Origin: Burkholderiales bacterium
GTDB lineage: Bacteria; Pseudomonadota; Gammaproteobacteria; Burkholderiales; SG8-39
Direction: 5' to 3'
NCBI GenBank assembly: GCA_035651575.1
Contig: DASRFM010000034.1
Coordinates: 34,932-98,931 of the forward strand
DNA length: 64,000 nucleotides
In this document: positions 38,643 through 48,180 of the stretch, in pieces
How the letters are laid out: each line of letters begins with the position of its first letter
Position numbering within the stretch: position 1 is the first letter of the stretch
Position numbers and translations under genes: made by a program
The notes under the pieces: model-generated
Databases searched by the model: none
What the model was told of the DNA's origin: nothing
Seen by the model: only the letters and a program-made list of their open reading frames with translations

Positions 38643-39377
38643 ATGATCGCCCTCGTCCTCGCCCTGACGACGTTCGCCTCCACCCTCGCGGGCGGGGCGT
38701 TCGCGCTGCGCTATCGCAGCCGGATCCATCTCATCCTCGCGTTCACCGCCGGCGTGCTGCTCGGCGTGGTCGCCTTCGATATCCTGCCCGAGACCTTCGC
38801 GCTCGCTTACGCCCGGGGCATCGACGCGACCTACGCGATGGTGGCGCTCGTCGTGGGCTTTCTCCTGTTCCATGCGCTCGAGAAGTTCGTCCTCATCCAC
38901 CACGGCCACGAGGAGGACTACGCCTCGCACCGCCATCCCCAGGTCGGGGTGCTCTCCGCGTTCGCTCTCGCCGGGCACAGCTTCATGGACGGCCTGGGCA
39001 TCGGCCTCGCGTTCCAGGTCTCCGACGCCGCCGGAATCGCCGTCGCGATCGCCGTGATCGCGCACGATTTCTGCGACGGCCTCAATACCGTGAGCCTGAT
39101 GCTCGTGCACGGCAACACCAGCCTGCGCTCCAAGCTGATGCTGCTGCTCGACGCGATCGCGCCGGTCGCCGGCGCGGCGGCGACGCTGCTCATCGAAGTG
39201 CCGCCAGGGGCGCTGGTGGTCTATCTGGGCTTTTTCGCCGGGTTCCTGCTCTACATCGGCGCTTCCGACATCCTGCCGGAGGCGCACTCGCAGGCGACTT
39301 CGGGCACCGCGCTCGGCCTGATCGGGCTGACGTGCGCCGGCGCCGCGCTGATGTTCGTCGCCAGCCGCCTCGCCTAG
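38643..39377 (+). CDS. zupT: ZIP-family divalent metal transporter (ZupT-like)
   Basis: ..[13 protein letters not shown].. loop, ..[13 protein letters not shown].. and ..[10 protein letters not shown].. Confidence 0.9.
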   Translation: MIALVLALTTFASTLAGGAFALRYRSRIHLILAFTAGVLLGVVAFDILPETFALAYARGIDATYAMVALVVGFLLFHALEKFVLIHHGHEEDYASHRHPQVGVLSAFALAGHSFMDGLGIGLAFQVSDAAGIAVAIAVIAHDFCDGLNTVSLMLVHGNTSLRSKLMLLLDAIAPVAGAAATLLIEVPPGALVVYLGFFAGFLLYIGASDILPEAHSQATSGTALGLIGLTCAGAALMFVASRLA

Positions 39378-40351
39378 GCGAGGCACTCCTTCAGGCCTGC
39401 CAGGAACAGGTCTTTCGGCAGTTTCTTGCCGATGAAGACGAGGATCGAGCGCTTTTTCTCGGTCTTCGCCCAAGGCTTGCCGAGGTCGCCGCCCATCATC
39501 ATGTGCACCCCCTGGAACACGACGCGGCGCGGGTTGCCCTTCATCCACAGCACGCCCTTGTAGCGCAGGAGATCCGGGCCGTAGACCTGGATCATGCCGG
39601 AGAGGAACTGCTCGAGCTTGTCGCCGTTGAAGGGCTTGTCCGACTCGTAGACGAACGACTCGACCTCGTCGTGGTGCTCGTGCTGGATGCTGGTGAGGAA
39701 TTCCGGGTCGAGCTCGAGGATCGCGTTCAGGTTGAAGCCGCGGATGTCGAGCACCTCGCCGATCGGCGCGTCGCCGAAGTGCACCTTCTTGATCGGCGCG
39801 CGCGGATTCATCCGCTTCAGCCGCTTGGACAGGTTTTCGATTTCGCTTTCGGACACCAGGTCCGTCTTCGACATGAGGATGCGGTCCGCGAATCCGACCT
39901 GCTCCTGCGCCTCGTGGAACTCGTCGAGCTGCTTCGGCGCGTGCTTCGCGTCCACGATCGTGAGGATGGAGTCGAGCAGGTAGTAGTTGCCGATCTCCTC
40001 GTCGGTGAAGAAGGTCTGCGCCACCGGACCCGGGTCGGCCATGCCGGTCGTCTCGATGACGACGCGGTCGAACTTGAGCGAGCCGGCGTCGCGCTTCTCC
40101 TTCAGCTCGCCGAGGATGCGGATCAGGTCGCCGCGCACCGTGCAGCAGATGCAGCCGTTGTTCATCTCGACGATCTGCTCGTCGGACTTCTCGATGATGT
40201 CGCTGTCGACCCCGACCTCGCCGAACTCGTTCTCGATCACGGCGATGCGGTGGCCGTGGTCCTCCTTGAGGATGCGGTTGAGCAGCGTGGTCTTGCCGGC
40301 GCCGAGAAATCCGGTCAGGATGGTGACCGGCACCATGGTGTTCTCTTGCAT
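39374..40351 (-). CDS. COG0523 G3E-family metallochaperone GTPase (CobW/ZigA/YeiR-like)
   Basis: In-frame ATG 40351. Walker [13 protein letters not shown], metal motif GCICC, His-rich ..IQHEHHDE.. Confidence 0.92.
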   Translation of the reverse strand: MQENTMVPVTILTGFLGAGKTTLLNRILKEDHGHRIAVIENEFGEVGVDSDIIEKSDEQIVEMNNGCICCTVRGDLIRILGELKEKRDAGSLKFDRVVIETTGMADPGPVAQTFFTDEEIGNYYLLDSILTIVDAKHAPKQLDEFHEAQEQVGFADRILMSKTDLVSESEIENLSKRLKRMNPRAPIKKVHFGDAPIGEVLDIRGFNLNAILELDPEFLTSIQHEHHDEVESFVYESDKPFNGDKLEQFLSGMIQVYGPDLLRYKGVLWMKGNPRRVVFQGVHMMMGGDLGKPWAKTEKKRSILVFIGKKLPKDLFLAGLKECLA

Positions 40352-40402
40352 GGGTGCGATTTTAACCGCGTAAGGCCGCCAGCCCGGAGACGACCAAGCC
40401 AC

Positions 40403-41026
40403 GTGACTTCGAGAAGGCAATTCCTCTGCCTCGCCGGGGCGCTCCTGCCGCTGCCGGCGCACGCGCAGTCCAAGTGGGGCGTGGTGCACGAGGTGTCGGG
40501 AGACGTCTTTCTCGACGAGCGCCCGCTCACGGCGCAAAGCGGCATCGAGGGCGGGCAGGCCGTGCGCACGGGCGCGGACGGCCGCGTGTGGTTCAGCGTC
40601 GCCGGCGACTCCTACTTCCTGCGGCCCGGCAGCCGGCTCGAGCTGCGCCAGCGCGACTGGCGCGAGTCCTTCATCGACGCGCTGCGCCTGGTCACCGGCG
40701 CGATGGGCGCGACCTTCCGCACCGGCGCGCCGCGCAGCGTCATCGCGCAGACCGTGACCATCGGCATCCGCGGTACCGGCGTCTACGTCGAGACCTCCGC
40801 GACCCAGACCTACGCCTGCACCTGCTTCGGCATCACCGAGATGTACTCGGCCGCAGGCGGCGCGATGATGGAGCAGGTGCGCGTCAGCACCCAGAACCAC
40901 CAGGCGCGGCGCATCTACCGCGATCCTTCCATGGGCATGCGCATCGTGCAGGCGCCCTTCGAGCGCCACACGAACGAGGAGATCTCGCGCCTCGAGCGCC
41001 AGGTCGGCCGCCCCAACCCCTTCTAA
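40403..41026 (+). CDS. FecR-domain-like exported protein with Tat-type signal
   Basis: In-frame GTG 40403 in ORF 39332..41026. [21 protein letters not shown]|QS. ..[49 protein letters not shown].. Confidence 0.5.
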   Translation: MTSRRQFLCLAGALLPLPAHAQSKWGVVHEVSGDVFLDERPLTAQSGIEGGQAVRTGADGRVWFSVAGDSYFLRPGSRLELRQRDWRESFIDALRLVTGAMGATFRTGAPRSVIAQTVTIGIRGTGVYVETSATQTYACTCFGITEMYSAAGGAMMEQVRVSTQNHQARRIYRDPSMGMRIVQAPFERHTNEEISRLERQVGRPNPF

Positions 41027-41046
41027 TCAGGGACGCACCACGTTTT
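41025..41046. repeat. Left inverted repeat of the RAYT unit
   Basis: aatcagggacgcaccacgtttt. It overlaps the TAA of the FecR-like gene and contains the last codons plus the TGA of the RAYT. Confidence 0.9.
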
Positions 41047-41728
41047 TGTCCCGGTTGGCGGGCCGACCTGCCTTGCCGCGCTCGACTCTCCTGCCAAGAC
41101 TCGCGGACAAGCGGTCCATGAAAGTGCGACTGCCGAGAACCAGATTCCCGTTCGTTGCCTGGCGGATTGCCGCGAGCATGGGCTCCGGTCCACCGAAAAG
41201 CGATCGGTAAGAGGCATATCGATCTTCGGCTGATGTACCAAGCCGTTGATACTCCTCATGGGGCGTAATGAACGTGCTCGGAACCCCGCGAGCGTTCGTG
41301 CGGTAGCTTGACCATTCAAAAGCGTCGGGACTGTCCGCCAGCCTTGCGCGGACCGGATTCAACTCGACATAGCGATAGCAATTCAGCAGATACGCCTCGC
41401 TTTGGACGATGCAGGAGCGAAAGCGGCCCTCCCATAGCGAGCCCGTACGTTCGTATTTGCGGTTCATGTATTGGCTATGGAGCAAATTCAGACGTCGCAT
41501 GAGGCAAGCGCAGCTGTTCGAGGCGAGAGGCGTCACGAGAAGATGGACATGGTTCGTCATCAAGCAGTACGCATGAAGTTCGCAGCTCGCCTCGGGCAAT
41601 ATCCGAGCCAAGTGGTGAAGATAAAAGCGGCGATCGGCATCTTCGAAGAAGCACGGGCCGCGGTTGTTGCCGCGCTGCACGATGTGCATCGGCAATCCCG
41701 GAACGGTGATACGGCGTCGGCGCGGCAT
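41027..41728 (-). CDS. REP-associated tyrosine transposase (Y1 transposase, IS200-like fold)
   Basis: ..LPMHIVQRGNNRGPCFF..LHAYCLMTNHVHLLV (HUH motif)..LNCYRYVELNPVRARL (catalytic Tyr region). Confidence 0.9.
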   Translation of the reverse strand: MPRRRRITVPGLPMHIVQRGNNRGPCFFEDADRRFYLHHLARILPEASCELHAYCLMTNHVHLLVTPLASNSCACLMRRLNLLHSQYMNRKYERTGSLWEGRFRSCIVQSEAYLLNCYRYVELNPVRARLADSPDAFEWSSYRTNARGVPSTFITPHEEYQRLGTSAEDRYASYRSLFGGPEPMLAAIRQATNGNLVLGSRTFMDRLSASLGRRVERGKAGRPANRDKNVVRP

Positions 41729-41773
41729 GGTTAGTCAACGGAGGGGCCTCCTTCTTCGTTGACCAGGCAAGGG

Positions 41774-41795
41774 AAAACGTGGTGCGTCCCTGATT
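41774..41795. repeat. Right inverted repeat of the RAYT unit
   Basis: aaaacgtggtgcgtccctgatt. Its last base is the first base (plus strand) of the rlmI stop codon. Confidence 0.9.
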
Positions 41796-42985
41796 TATGA
41801 GGCCTTGAAGACCAGCAGCCCTTTCAGGTAGTCGCCCTCGGGGAATTCGAGCGCGACCGGATGGTCGGCGGCGGCGCCGAAGCGCTCGATGATCTTCGCC
41901 TCGACGCCGGCGTCGAGCGCGGCGCCGGCGACGATCGACTGGAAGAGATCCGCCGGCACGCCCCCCGAGCAGGAGAAGGTGGCGAGCAGGCCGCCCGGGG
42001 AGAGCAGCTTCAGCGCGAGCAGGTTGATGTCCTTGTAGGCGCGCGCAGCCTTCGCCGCCTGCGCCGCAGTCGGCGCGAACTTCGGCGGATCGAGGATCAC
42101 GAGGTCGAACCTGGCGCCGCGGTCGCGCAGCTGCCGCAGCTGCGCGAACACGTCGGCGTGCACGAACTCGACGCGGCCGGGGTCGAAGGGATTGCAGGCG
42201 AGGTTCTCCTTCGCCACCTCGAGCGCCGGCACCGAGCTCTCGATCGCGGTGACGCGCTGCGCGCCGCCGGCGAGCGCCGCGATGGCGAAGCCGCCGGTGT
42301 AGCAGAAGCCGTCGAGCACGGCGCGCTCCGTGGCGAGCGCGCGCACGCGCTGGCGGTTCTCGCGCTGGTCGAGGAAGAAGCCGGTCTTCTGTCCCTGCTC
42401 GACGTCGACGCGGAAATTGAGCCCGTGCTCGATGATCGGTGCGCGCGAGGCATTGCGGTCGCCGCGCGCGAACCCGGCGCGCGCCGGCAGCTTTTCCAGG
42501 TTGCGCACCTCGGCGTCGGAGCGCTCGTAGACGGCCTCGCAGCCCGCGAGCTCGGCGAGCGCGTCGAGGATCGGGTCGCGCCAGCGCTCGACGCCCGCCG
42601 CCAGGAACTGCGCGACGAGCACGTCGGCGTAGCGGTCCACCACCAGGCCCGGAAGGCCGTCGGACTCGCCGTGCACGAGCCGCAACGCATTCGTGTGGCG
42701 CGCCGCGGGCAGCGCATCGCGCATCGCGATCGCGCGGGCGAGGCGCTCGCGGAAAAACGCCGCATCCACCGCCTCGGCGCAGTCGAAGGTCCAGACGCGC
42801 GCGCGGATCTGGGAATGCGGGCTGTAGGCGGCCTGCGCGACCGGCTTGCCGGAGCTGTCCCGGATCTCCACGGTGTCGCCGATTTCCGGCTTGCCGACCA
42901 CTTTCTCGATGGCGCCGGAGAAGACCCACGGGTGGCGGCGCCTGAGCGATTTCTCGCGGCCCTTCTTGAGGACGAGGACGCTCAT
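41795..42985 (-). CDS. rlmI: 23S rRNA (cytosine1962-C5)-methyltransferase
   Basis: In-frame ATG 42985 (ATGA overlap with xerC). MSVLVLKKGREKSLRRRHPWVFSGAI.. (PUA-like), ..VLDGFCYTGGFA.., ..LVILDPPKF.. Confidence 0.88.
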   Translation of the reverse strand: MSVLVLKKGREKSLRRRHPWVFSGAIEKVVGKPEIGDTVEIRDSSGKPVAQAAYSPHSQIRARVWTFDCAEAVDAAFFRERLARAIAMRDALPAARHTNALRLVHGESDGLPGLVVDRYADVLVAQFLAAGVERWRDPILDALAELAGCEAVYERSDAEVRNLEKLPARAGFARGDRNASRAPIIEHGLNFRVDVEQGQKTGFFLDQRENRQRVRALATERAVLDGFCYTGGFAIAALAGGAQRVTAIESSVPALEVAKENLACNPFDPGRVEFVHADVFAQLRQLRDRGARFDLVILDPPKFAPTAAQAAKAARAYKDINLLALKLLSPGGLLATFSCSGGVPADLFQSIVAGAALDAGVEAKIIERFGAAADHPVALEFPEGDYLKGLLVFKAS

Positions 42986-43917
42986 CGCTTCTTTGCCCGC
43001 GGGTGCGCCGCGTCGTACACCTTCGCGAGCGCCTGGTAGTCGAGGTGCGTATAGACCTGCGTCGTCGCGATGCTGGCGTGGCCGAGCATCTCCTGCACCG
43101 CGCGCAGGTCCTGCGACGACTGCAGGACGTGCGTGGCGAACGAGTGGCGCAGCATGTGCGGGTGCACGTGCTCGGGCAGGCCGCTCGCGCGCGCCCACGC
43201 GCGCAGGCGCAGCCCCACGACCGCCGGCGCGATGCGCCTGCCGCGGCTGCCGACGAAGAGCGCCTTTTCGCCCGGCGCCGCGATTGCGGCGCGCACGGCG
43301 AGCCACTCCTTGAGCGCCTCGCGCGCCTTCGCGCCGACCGGCACGGTGCGCGTCTTGGAGCCCTTGCCGGTCACGGTGACCTCGCCTTGCGGCAGGTCGA
43401 GCTTGCCGTCGCCGAGGTCGAGCGAGACCAGCTCGCCGAGCCGCAGCCCCGAGGAGTAGAGCAGCTCGAACATGGCGCGGTCGCGCAGCATCGGCGGCGC
43501 GCCCGGCGTGCGCGCGTTGAGCAGCCGCTCGGTGGACTCGACCGAAAGCGCCTTCGGCAGCGGCCGCGGCGCCTTGGGCGCGCGGATGCCGAGCGCGGGG
43601 TTCGCGGCGAAGCCGCGATGCCGCACGAGCCAGGCGAAAAGCCCGCGCCAGGCGGAAAGCGCGAGCGCGAGCGAGCGCGGCGCGAGCCCGCGCCCGTGAA
43701 GCAGCGCGACGAAGCGGCGCACGTGCGACGGCTCGAGGGAGGCAAGGCGCGCTTCGCCGGCCAGCGTGAAGAGCACGTCCAGCGCGCGCGCGTAGTTCTC
43801 GAGCGTCGCCGGCGAGAGCCTGCGCTGGGTCTTCAGCGAATGCAGGTACTCGGCTGCGAGGCGCCGGTCCGCGTGGGGCGGACTTTCTACAGCCTTGCCG
43901 TCACGCCGGCTGCGCAC
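42982..43917 (-). CDS. xerC: Tyrosine recombinase XerC
   Basis: ..LSPATLENYARALDVL.., ..LYSSGLRLGELVSL.., ..HPHMLRHSFATHVL.., ..LGHASIATTQVYTHL. The start (GTG 43917) is uncertain. Confidence 0.88.
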   Translation of the reverse strand: MRSRRDGKAVESPPHADRRLAAEYLHSLKTQRRLSPATLENYARALDVLFTLAGEARLASLEPSHVRRFVALLHGRGLAPRSLALALSAWRGLFAWLVRHRGFAANPALGIRAPKAPRPLPKALSVESTERLLNARTPGAPPMLRDRAMFELLYSSGLRLGELVSLDLGDGKLDLPQGEVTVTGKGSKTRTVPVGAKAREALKEWLAVRAAIAAPGEKALFVGSRGRRIAPAVVGLRLRAWARASGLPEHVHPHMLRHSFATHVLQSSQDLRAVQEMLGHASIATTQVYTHLDYQALAKVYDAAHPRAKKR

Positions 43918-44531
43918 AGCTCGCCGATGCGGCGCAAGTAAAGCGTCCCCATCTCGGGGAAGAAGCGCTGCGGGTCCTCGCTGCCGAGCGCGAGCACGCC
44001 GAAGACCGCGGTCTGGCCGAGCGGCACGAGCGCGAGCGAGCGCACGTGCTCGGCGGCATCGCGGAACCAGCCGAGCAGCGGATTGCCGGCCGCGGCGCCG
44101 CACTGCGGCGCGCCCATTGCCTCCGCATGGCGGCGTTCGGCTTCGCCCACGGCCTGCGCCTCCTCGAAATCGGCCGGCACGCTCTTGCCCCAGATGCGCA
44201 GCGCGACGTGCGGCACGGCGAAGTCCTCGCGCAGGTGGAAGTAGAGCGAGCGCGCGAGCGCCGGGAAGTCGCGCGCGCCGACGAGCGCCACCGAGAGGCG
44301 GTGCACCTTCTCGCTGATCGCGTCGTTCTCCTCGCCGAACTGGATCAGCTCGGAGAGCTTGCCTTCGAGGAGCTTCGTCTTCTCGCGCAGCGCGAGCGTC
44401 TGGCGCTCCGCGAGCGGGATGGCGCGGCCGCCGTGGGGATGGGGCACCTGGATGTTCTCGAGCAGCCCGGGGTGCTCGTCGAAGAACTGCGGATGCGACT
44501 TCAGGAACTGGGCGACGTCGTCCTTGTTCAT
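43887..44531 (-). CDS. DUF484 (YigA-like) protein
   Basis: MNKDDVAQFLKSHPQFFDEHPGLLENIQVPHP.. Conserved dapF-DUF484-xerC order. Confidence 0.85.
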   Translation of the reverse strand: MNKDDVAQFLKSHPQFFDEHPGLLENIQVPHPHGGRAIPLAERQTLALREKTKLLEGKLSELIQFGEENDAISEKVHRLSVALVGARDFPALARSLYFHLREDFAVPHVALRIWGKSVPADFEEAQAVGEAERRHAEAMGAPQCGAAAGNPLLGWFRDAAEHVRSLALVPLGQTAVFGVLALGSEDPQRFFPEMGTLYLRRIGELCAAGVTARL

Positions 44532-44538
44532 CTTGTTT

Positions 44539-45339
44539 TCACAGGTCCATGTCCCCGTCGAAGACGCTCTGCGCCGGCCCCTTCATCCACACCGCATTGT
44601 CGCCGCCGGACCAAGAGATGGTCAACGCTCCGCCGCGCGTTTCCACGCGCACCGGCGAATCGAGCAGCCCGCGGGCGATGCCGCTCACCGCCGCGGCGCA
44701 GGCGCCGGTGCCGCACGAGAGCGTTTCGCCCGCGCCGCGCTCCCACACCCGCAGCGCGATGCGCTGCCGGTCGAGAACCTGCATGTAGCCGGCATTGACC
44801 CGGTTCGGGAAGCGCGGGTGATGCTCGAGGAGCGGCCCTTGCGTGGCGACCGGCGTGCGCGCGACGTCCGCCACCAGCTGGACGGCATGCGGGTTTCCCA
44901 TGGACAGGATGGCGACGTCGAGAATCCCGCCTTGAACGTCAATTTTCTGGACCAGGGGCGCTTCGAGCGCGGGCGCTCCCATGTCCACGCTCACCTCGCC
45001 GTCGTCTTCCAGGCGCGGCGCGATCAGGCCGCCCAGCGTCTCGACGCGGAGCTCGCGCTTCGTGGCGAGGCCGCGCGCGTGCACGAACTTCACGAAGCAG
45101 CGCGCGCCGTTGCCGCATTGCTCGACCTCGCCGCCGTCGGCGTTGAAGATGCGGTAGCGGAAATCCGCGTCGGCGCGGGTCGCCCGCTCCACCGCCAGCA
45201 CCTGGTCGCAGCCCACGCCAAAGTGGCGATCCGCGAGCGCCCGGATCTGGCTCCTGGAGAGGGAAAACCCCTCCTTCGTGCAGTCGAGGACGACGAAATC
45301 GTTGCCCGCGCCCTGCATCTTCGTGAACCGGAGCTTCAC
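44539..45339 (-). CDS. dapF: Diaminopimelate epimerase
   Basis: GTG 45339 gives (M)[18 protein letters not shown]. Catalytic Cys contexts ..EQCGNGARC.. and ..[11 protein letters not shown].. Confidence 0.93.
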   Translation of the reverse strand: MKLRFTKMQGAGNDFVVLDCTKEGFSLSRSQIRALADRHFGVGCDQVLAVERATRADADFRYRIFNADGGEVEQCGNGARCFVKFVHARGLATKRELRVETLGGLIAPRLEDDGEVSVDMGAPALEAPLVQKIDVQGGILDVAILSMGNPHAVQLVADVARTPVATQGPLLEHHPRFPNRVNAGYMQVLDRQRIALRVWERGAGETLSCGTGACAAAVSGIARGLLDSPVRVETRGGALTISWSGGDNAVWMKGPAQSVFDGDMDL

Positions 45340-46430
45340 GCGCTCGCCCGCACGATGCTGCAGATGCGCTCCACCGTGGCCGCCTCGAGGAGCGGATGGA
45401 TCGGAAGCGAGAGCACGGTTTGCGCCGCCTGCTCGGAGGCCGGCAGCGAGCGTTTTCCGTGCTGCGCCTCGTAGGCCGGCTGGCGGTGAAGCGGGATCGG
45501 ATAGAACACCGAGCTCGCAATGCCCTCGGCGGCGAGCCGCTCGCGGATCGCGTCGCGCCGCGCGCTGCGGATCGTGAACTGGTGGTACACGTGGCGCCCG
45601 CGCCCGTGCTCCGCGGGCGCAGTCACGGCGCTTCCCGCGAGCTTTTCGCGGTAGAGCGCGGCGATGCGGCGTCGCGCCCCGTTGAAGCGCTCGAGGTGGC
45701 GGAACTTGACCCGCAGGATCGCCGCCTGCAGCTCGTCCAGCCGGCTGTTCCAGCCCACGCGCTCGTGCAGGTAGGTCTTGCGGCTGCCGTGGTGGCGCAG
45801 CATGCGCAGCGCCTCGTCGTGCTCCCTCGTTCGCGCGGTGACGAGGCCGGCGTCGCCCGCCGCGCCGAGGTTCTTGGTGGGATAGAAGGAGAAGCAGCCG
45901 AAGTCGCCCCAGCCGCCCGCGCGCCGTCCCGCAAAGTCGGCGCCGAGCGCCTGCGCGCAGTCCTCGATGAGGAGCAGCCCGCGCGCCTTGCAGAGGGAAT
46001 CGATCGCATTCAGCGCGGCGCATTGGCCGAAGAGGTGGACCGCGATGATCGCCTTCGTCCGCGGCGAGAGGCTGCGTTCAGCGGAGGAAGGATCGAGATT
46101 GAAGGTCGCCGCGTCCACGTCGGCAAACACCGGCGTCGCGCCGGTATAGGAAACCGCCTCCGCCGTGGCGAAGAACGTGAACGCCGGGAGCACGACCTCG
46201 TCGCCCGGCCCGACGCCCGCCGCGAGCAGCGCGAGATGCAGCGCGTCGGTGCCGGAGTTCAGGCCGGCCGCGTGCGGCGCGCCGACGTACGCCGCCAGCT
46301 CGCGCTCGAGCGCCTCGCCCTCGGGACCGAGGACGTAGCGCCCGGAAGCGAGCACCCGCGCGACCGCGGCGTCGATCTCGTCCTTGAGCGAGCGGTATTC
46401 GCCCGCGGGGTCCACCATGGCGACGTTCAT
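45336..46430 (-). CDS. DegT/DnrJ/EryC1-family PLP aminotransferase (GnnB/WbpE-like)
   Basis: In-frame ATG 46430. ..[13 protein letters not shown].., ..[15 protein letters not shown].. (PLP Lys). GTGA overlap with dapF. Confidence 0.85.
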   Translation of the reverse strand: MNVAMVDPAGEYRSLKDEIDAAVARVLASGRYVLGPEGEALERELAAYVGAPHAAGLNSGTDALHLALLAAGVGPGDEVVLPAFTFFATAEAVSYTGATPVFADVDAATFNLDPSSAERSLSPRTKAIIAVHLFGQCAALNAIDSLCKARGLLLIEDCAQALGADFAGRRAGGWGDFGCFSFYPTKNLGAAGDAGLVTARTREHDEALRMLRHHGSRKTYLHERVGWNSRLDELQAAILRVKFRHLERFNGARRRIAALYREKLAGSAVTAPAEHGRGRHVYHQFTIRSARRDAIRERLAAEGIASSVFYPIPLHRQPAYEAQHGKRSLPASEQAAQTVLSLPIHPLLEAATVERICSIVRASA

Positions 46431-47326
46431 CCGAAGCGCTCCAGGCGTTCGCGCACCAGCGTTCCGATCTGCAAGGCGGTCTGCAGCGCGCGCAGCCCGT
46501 CCTCGCCGCTCACCGCGGGCTTTTCCTTCCTGAGGACCGACTGCACGAATGCGCGCGCCTGCATCGCGAGCGCATCGCCTTTCTCCTGCGCGTCCTCGGT
46601 GGATTCGAGCCCGCCGCCGGCATTCTTCACGTAGCGGAGTTTCCCCGCCTGCAGGTCGGCCGACGCGTACAGGTCCGTCTGGAAGACGCGCAGCTTGCGC
46701 ACCGGCGCCTGGCTCACGCGGCTCGCCGAGAGGTTGGCGACGCAGCCGTCGGCGAACTCGATGCGCGCGTTCGCGATGTCGATCTCGCCCGTCAGCACGC
46801 GGAAGCCGCAGGCGCTGACGCCCGAGATTTCCTTGCCGCAGAGCGCGAGCGCGAGGTCGATGTCGTGGATCATGAGGTCGAGCACCACGTCCACGTCGGC
46901 GCCGCGCTGCTTGAAGCCGGCGAGCCGCTCGGCCTCGATGTAGAGCGGCCGCGCCATGCGCCGCGCGAGCGCGGTAAAGACGCTGTTGTAGCGCTCGACG
47001 TGCCCGACCTGCAGCAGCCGGTCCTTCTTCCTCGCGAGCTCCACCAGCTTGCGGGCCTGAGGCGCCGTGCTGGCGAGCGGCTTCTCGACGAGCACGTGCA
47101 GCCCCTGCTCCAGGCACTCGCTCACCACGTCGTAGTGCTTTTCGGTCGGCACCGCCACCACCGCGGCGCCCGGCTTTTCACCGGCGCCCTTGACCAGGGG
47201 AGCGAGCGCGCGGCAGCGCTCCGGGTCGGGATCCGTCACCGAAACGATGCGCACGTTCGCGAGCGCGGCGAACTTCTCGGCATGCAGCCGGCCCATGTAT
47301 CCGGCGCCGTAAACCGCGAGCTTCAA
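46427..47326 (-). CDS. Gfo/Idh/MocA-family NAD-dependent sugar-nucleotide oxidoreductase (GnnA/WbpB-like)
   Basis: TTG 47326 (TTGA overlap with lpxL). LKLAVYGAGYMGRLHAEK (Rossmann), ..VLVEKPLA.., ATGA overlap with the aminotransferase. Confidence 0.8.
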   Translation of the reverse strand: MKLAVYGAGYMGRLHAEKFAALANVRIVSVTDPDPERCRALAPLVKGAGEKPGAAVVAVPTEKHYDVVSECLEQGLHVLVEKPLASTAPQARKLVELARKKDRLLQVGHVERYNSVFTALARRMARPLYIEAERLAGFKQRGADVDVVLDLMIHDIDLALALCGKEISGVSACGFRVLTGEIDIANARIEFADGCVANLSASRVSQAPVRKLRVFQTDLYASADLQAGKLRYVKNAGGGLESTEDAQEKGDALAMQARAFVQSVLRKEKPAVSGEDGLRALQTALQIGTLVRERLERFG

Positions 47327-48180
47327 TAAAATCTTGCCTCTCCTTCGGGGCGCGTCTTGAACCGCTTGTGCAGCCAGAAGTACTGCTCGGGCATCTCGCG
47401 CACGCGCTCCTCGACGAATGCCAGCATCCGGCGCGCATCGGCCGCGTCGTCGCCGCTCGGGAAATCCTTCCACGCCGGATAGAGCATCGCCCGGTAGCCC
47501 TCGCCGCCCGGCAGCATGCGCGTCACGCACGGCACCACGACTGCGCGCGTCTCGCGCGCAATATACGACAGCCCGGTCACGGTCGCCGCCGGCACGCCGA
47601 AGAACGGCACGAACACCGAGCGCTTCGGGCCGTAGTCGAGGTCGGGCAGGTAGTAGTAGAGCGCTCCTGACTCGATCGCCCGCAGGCCCTCCTTCACGCC
47701 GGCCTGGCGCGGGAACATGCGGCCGCCGAAGCGCGTGCGCCCGCGGTAGAGGAGCCGCTCGAAGCGCGGGTCCTTCTGGCGCGAATACATCATCGCCACC
47801 GGGTAGTCGAGCGAAAGGCGCAAGAGCGTGGCGTCGAGGCCGACGAAGTGCGGCGCGAAGAGGATCGTGGGCCTTCCCTTCGGCAGGTGCTCCAGCCCCT
47901 CGAGCTGCACCAGCCGCGCGATGCGCGCGCGCGAGCCCCACCACAGGATGCCGCGCTCGACGAAGCTGCGGCAAAAGGCGCGGAAGTGCGCGCGCGCCAG
48001 TTTTTCCCTCTCGTTCCGGGAAAGCTGCGGGAAGCATTTCTGCAGGTTGATGCGCGTTACCTTGCGCCGCTCGGGAATGAGCCAGAACGCAGCCGCCCCC
48101 ACGGCGTTGCCGATGGGCGCCACGAGGCGCAGCGGCAGGAAGTGCACCATGTACATGAAGGCAAAGACCGCTGCGCTCAC
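47323..48180 (-). CDS. lpxL: Lipid A biosynthesis lauroyl/myristoyl acyltransferase (LpxL/LpxM family)
   Basis: GTG 48180 (GTGA overlap). ..RINLQKCFP.., HX4D motif FAPHFVGLDA, ..PEQYFWLHKRFK.. Confidence 0.88.
   Translation of the reverse strand: MSAAVFAFMYMVHFLPLRLVAPIGNAVGAAAFWLIPERRKVTRINLQKCFPQLSRNEREKLARAHFRAFCRSFVERGILWWGSRARIARLVQLEGLEHLPKGRPTILFAPHFVGLDATLLRLSLDYPVAMMYSRQKDPRFERLLYRGRTRFGGRMFPRQAGVKEGLRAIESGALYYYLPDLDYGPKRSVFVPFFGVPAATVTGLSYIARETRAVVVPCVTRMLPGGEGYRAMLYPAWKDFPSGDDAADARRMLAFVEERVREMPEQYFWLHKRFKTRPEGEARFY

Larger units (their letters stand above)
41025..41795 (-). mobile_element. RAYT (REP-associated tyrosine transposase) unit bounded by perfect 22-bp inverted repeats
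   Basis: The IRs are AATCAGGGACGCACCACGTTTT (41025..41046) and its exact reverse complement (41774..41795). Hand counts of three 60-nt lines inside gave 36, 32 and 31 G+C, well below the flanks. Confidence 0.85.

Noticed and set aside
39332-41026. 564-aa ORF on + and 531-aa ORF 39374..40969 on -
   Set aside because: Each is real only in its 3' part (the FecR-like gene from 40403, the COG0523 GTPase up to 40351). The extensions are mutual antisense shadows.
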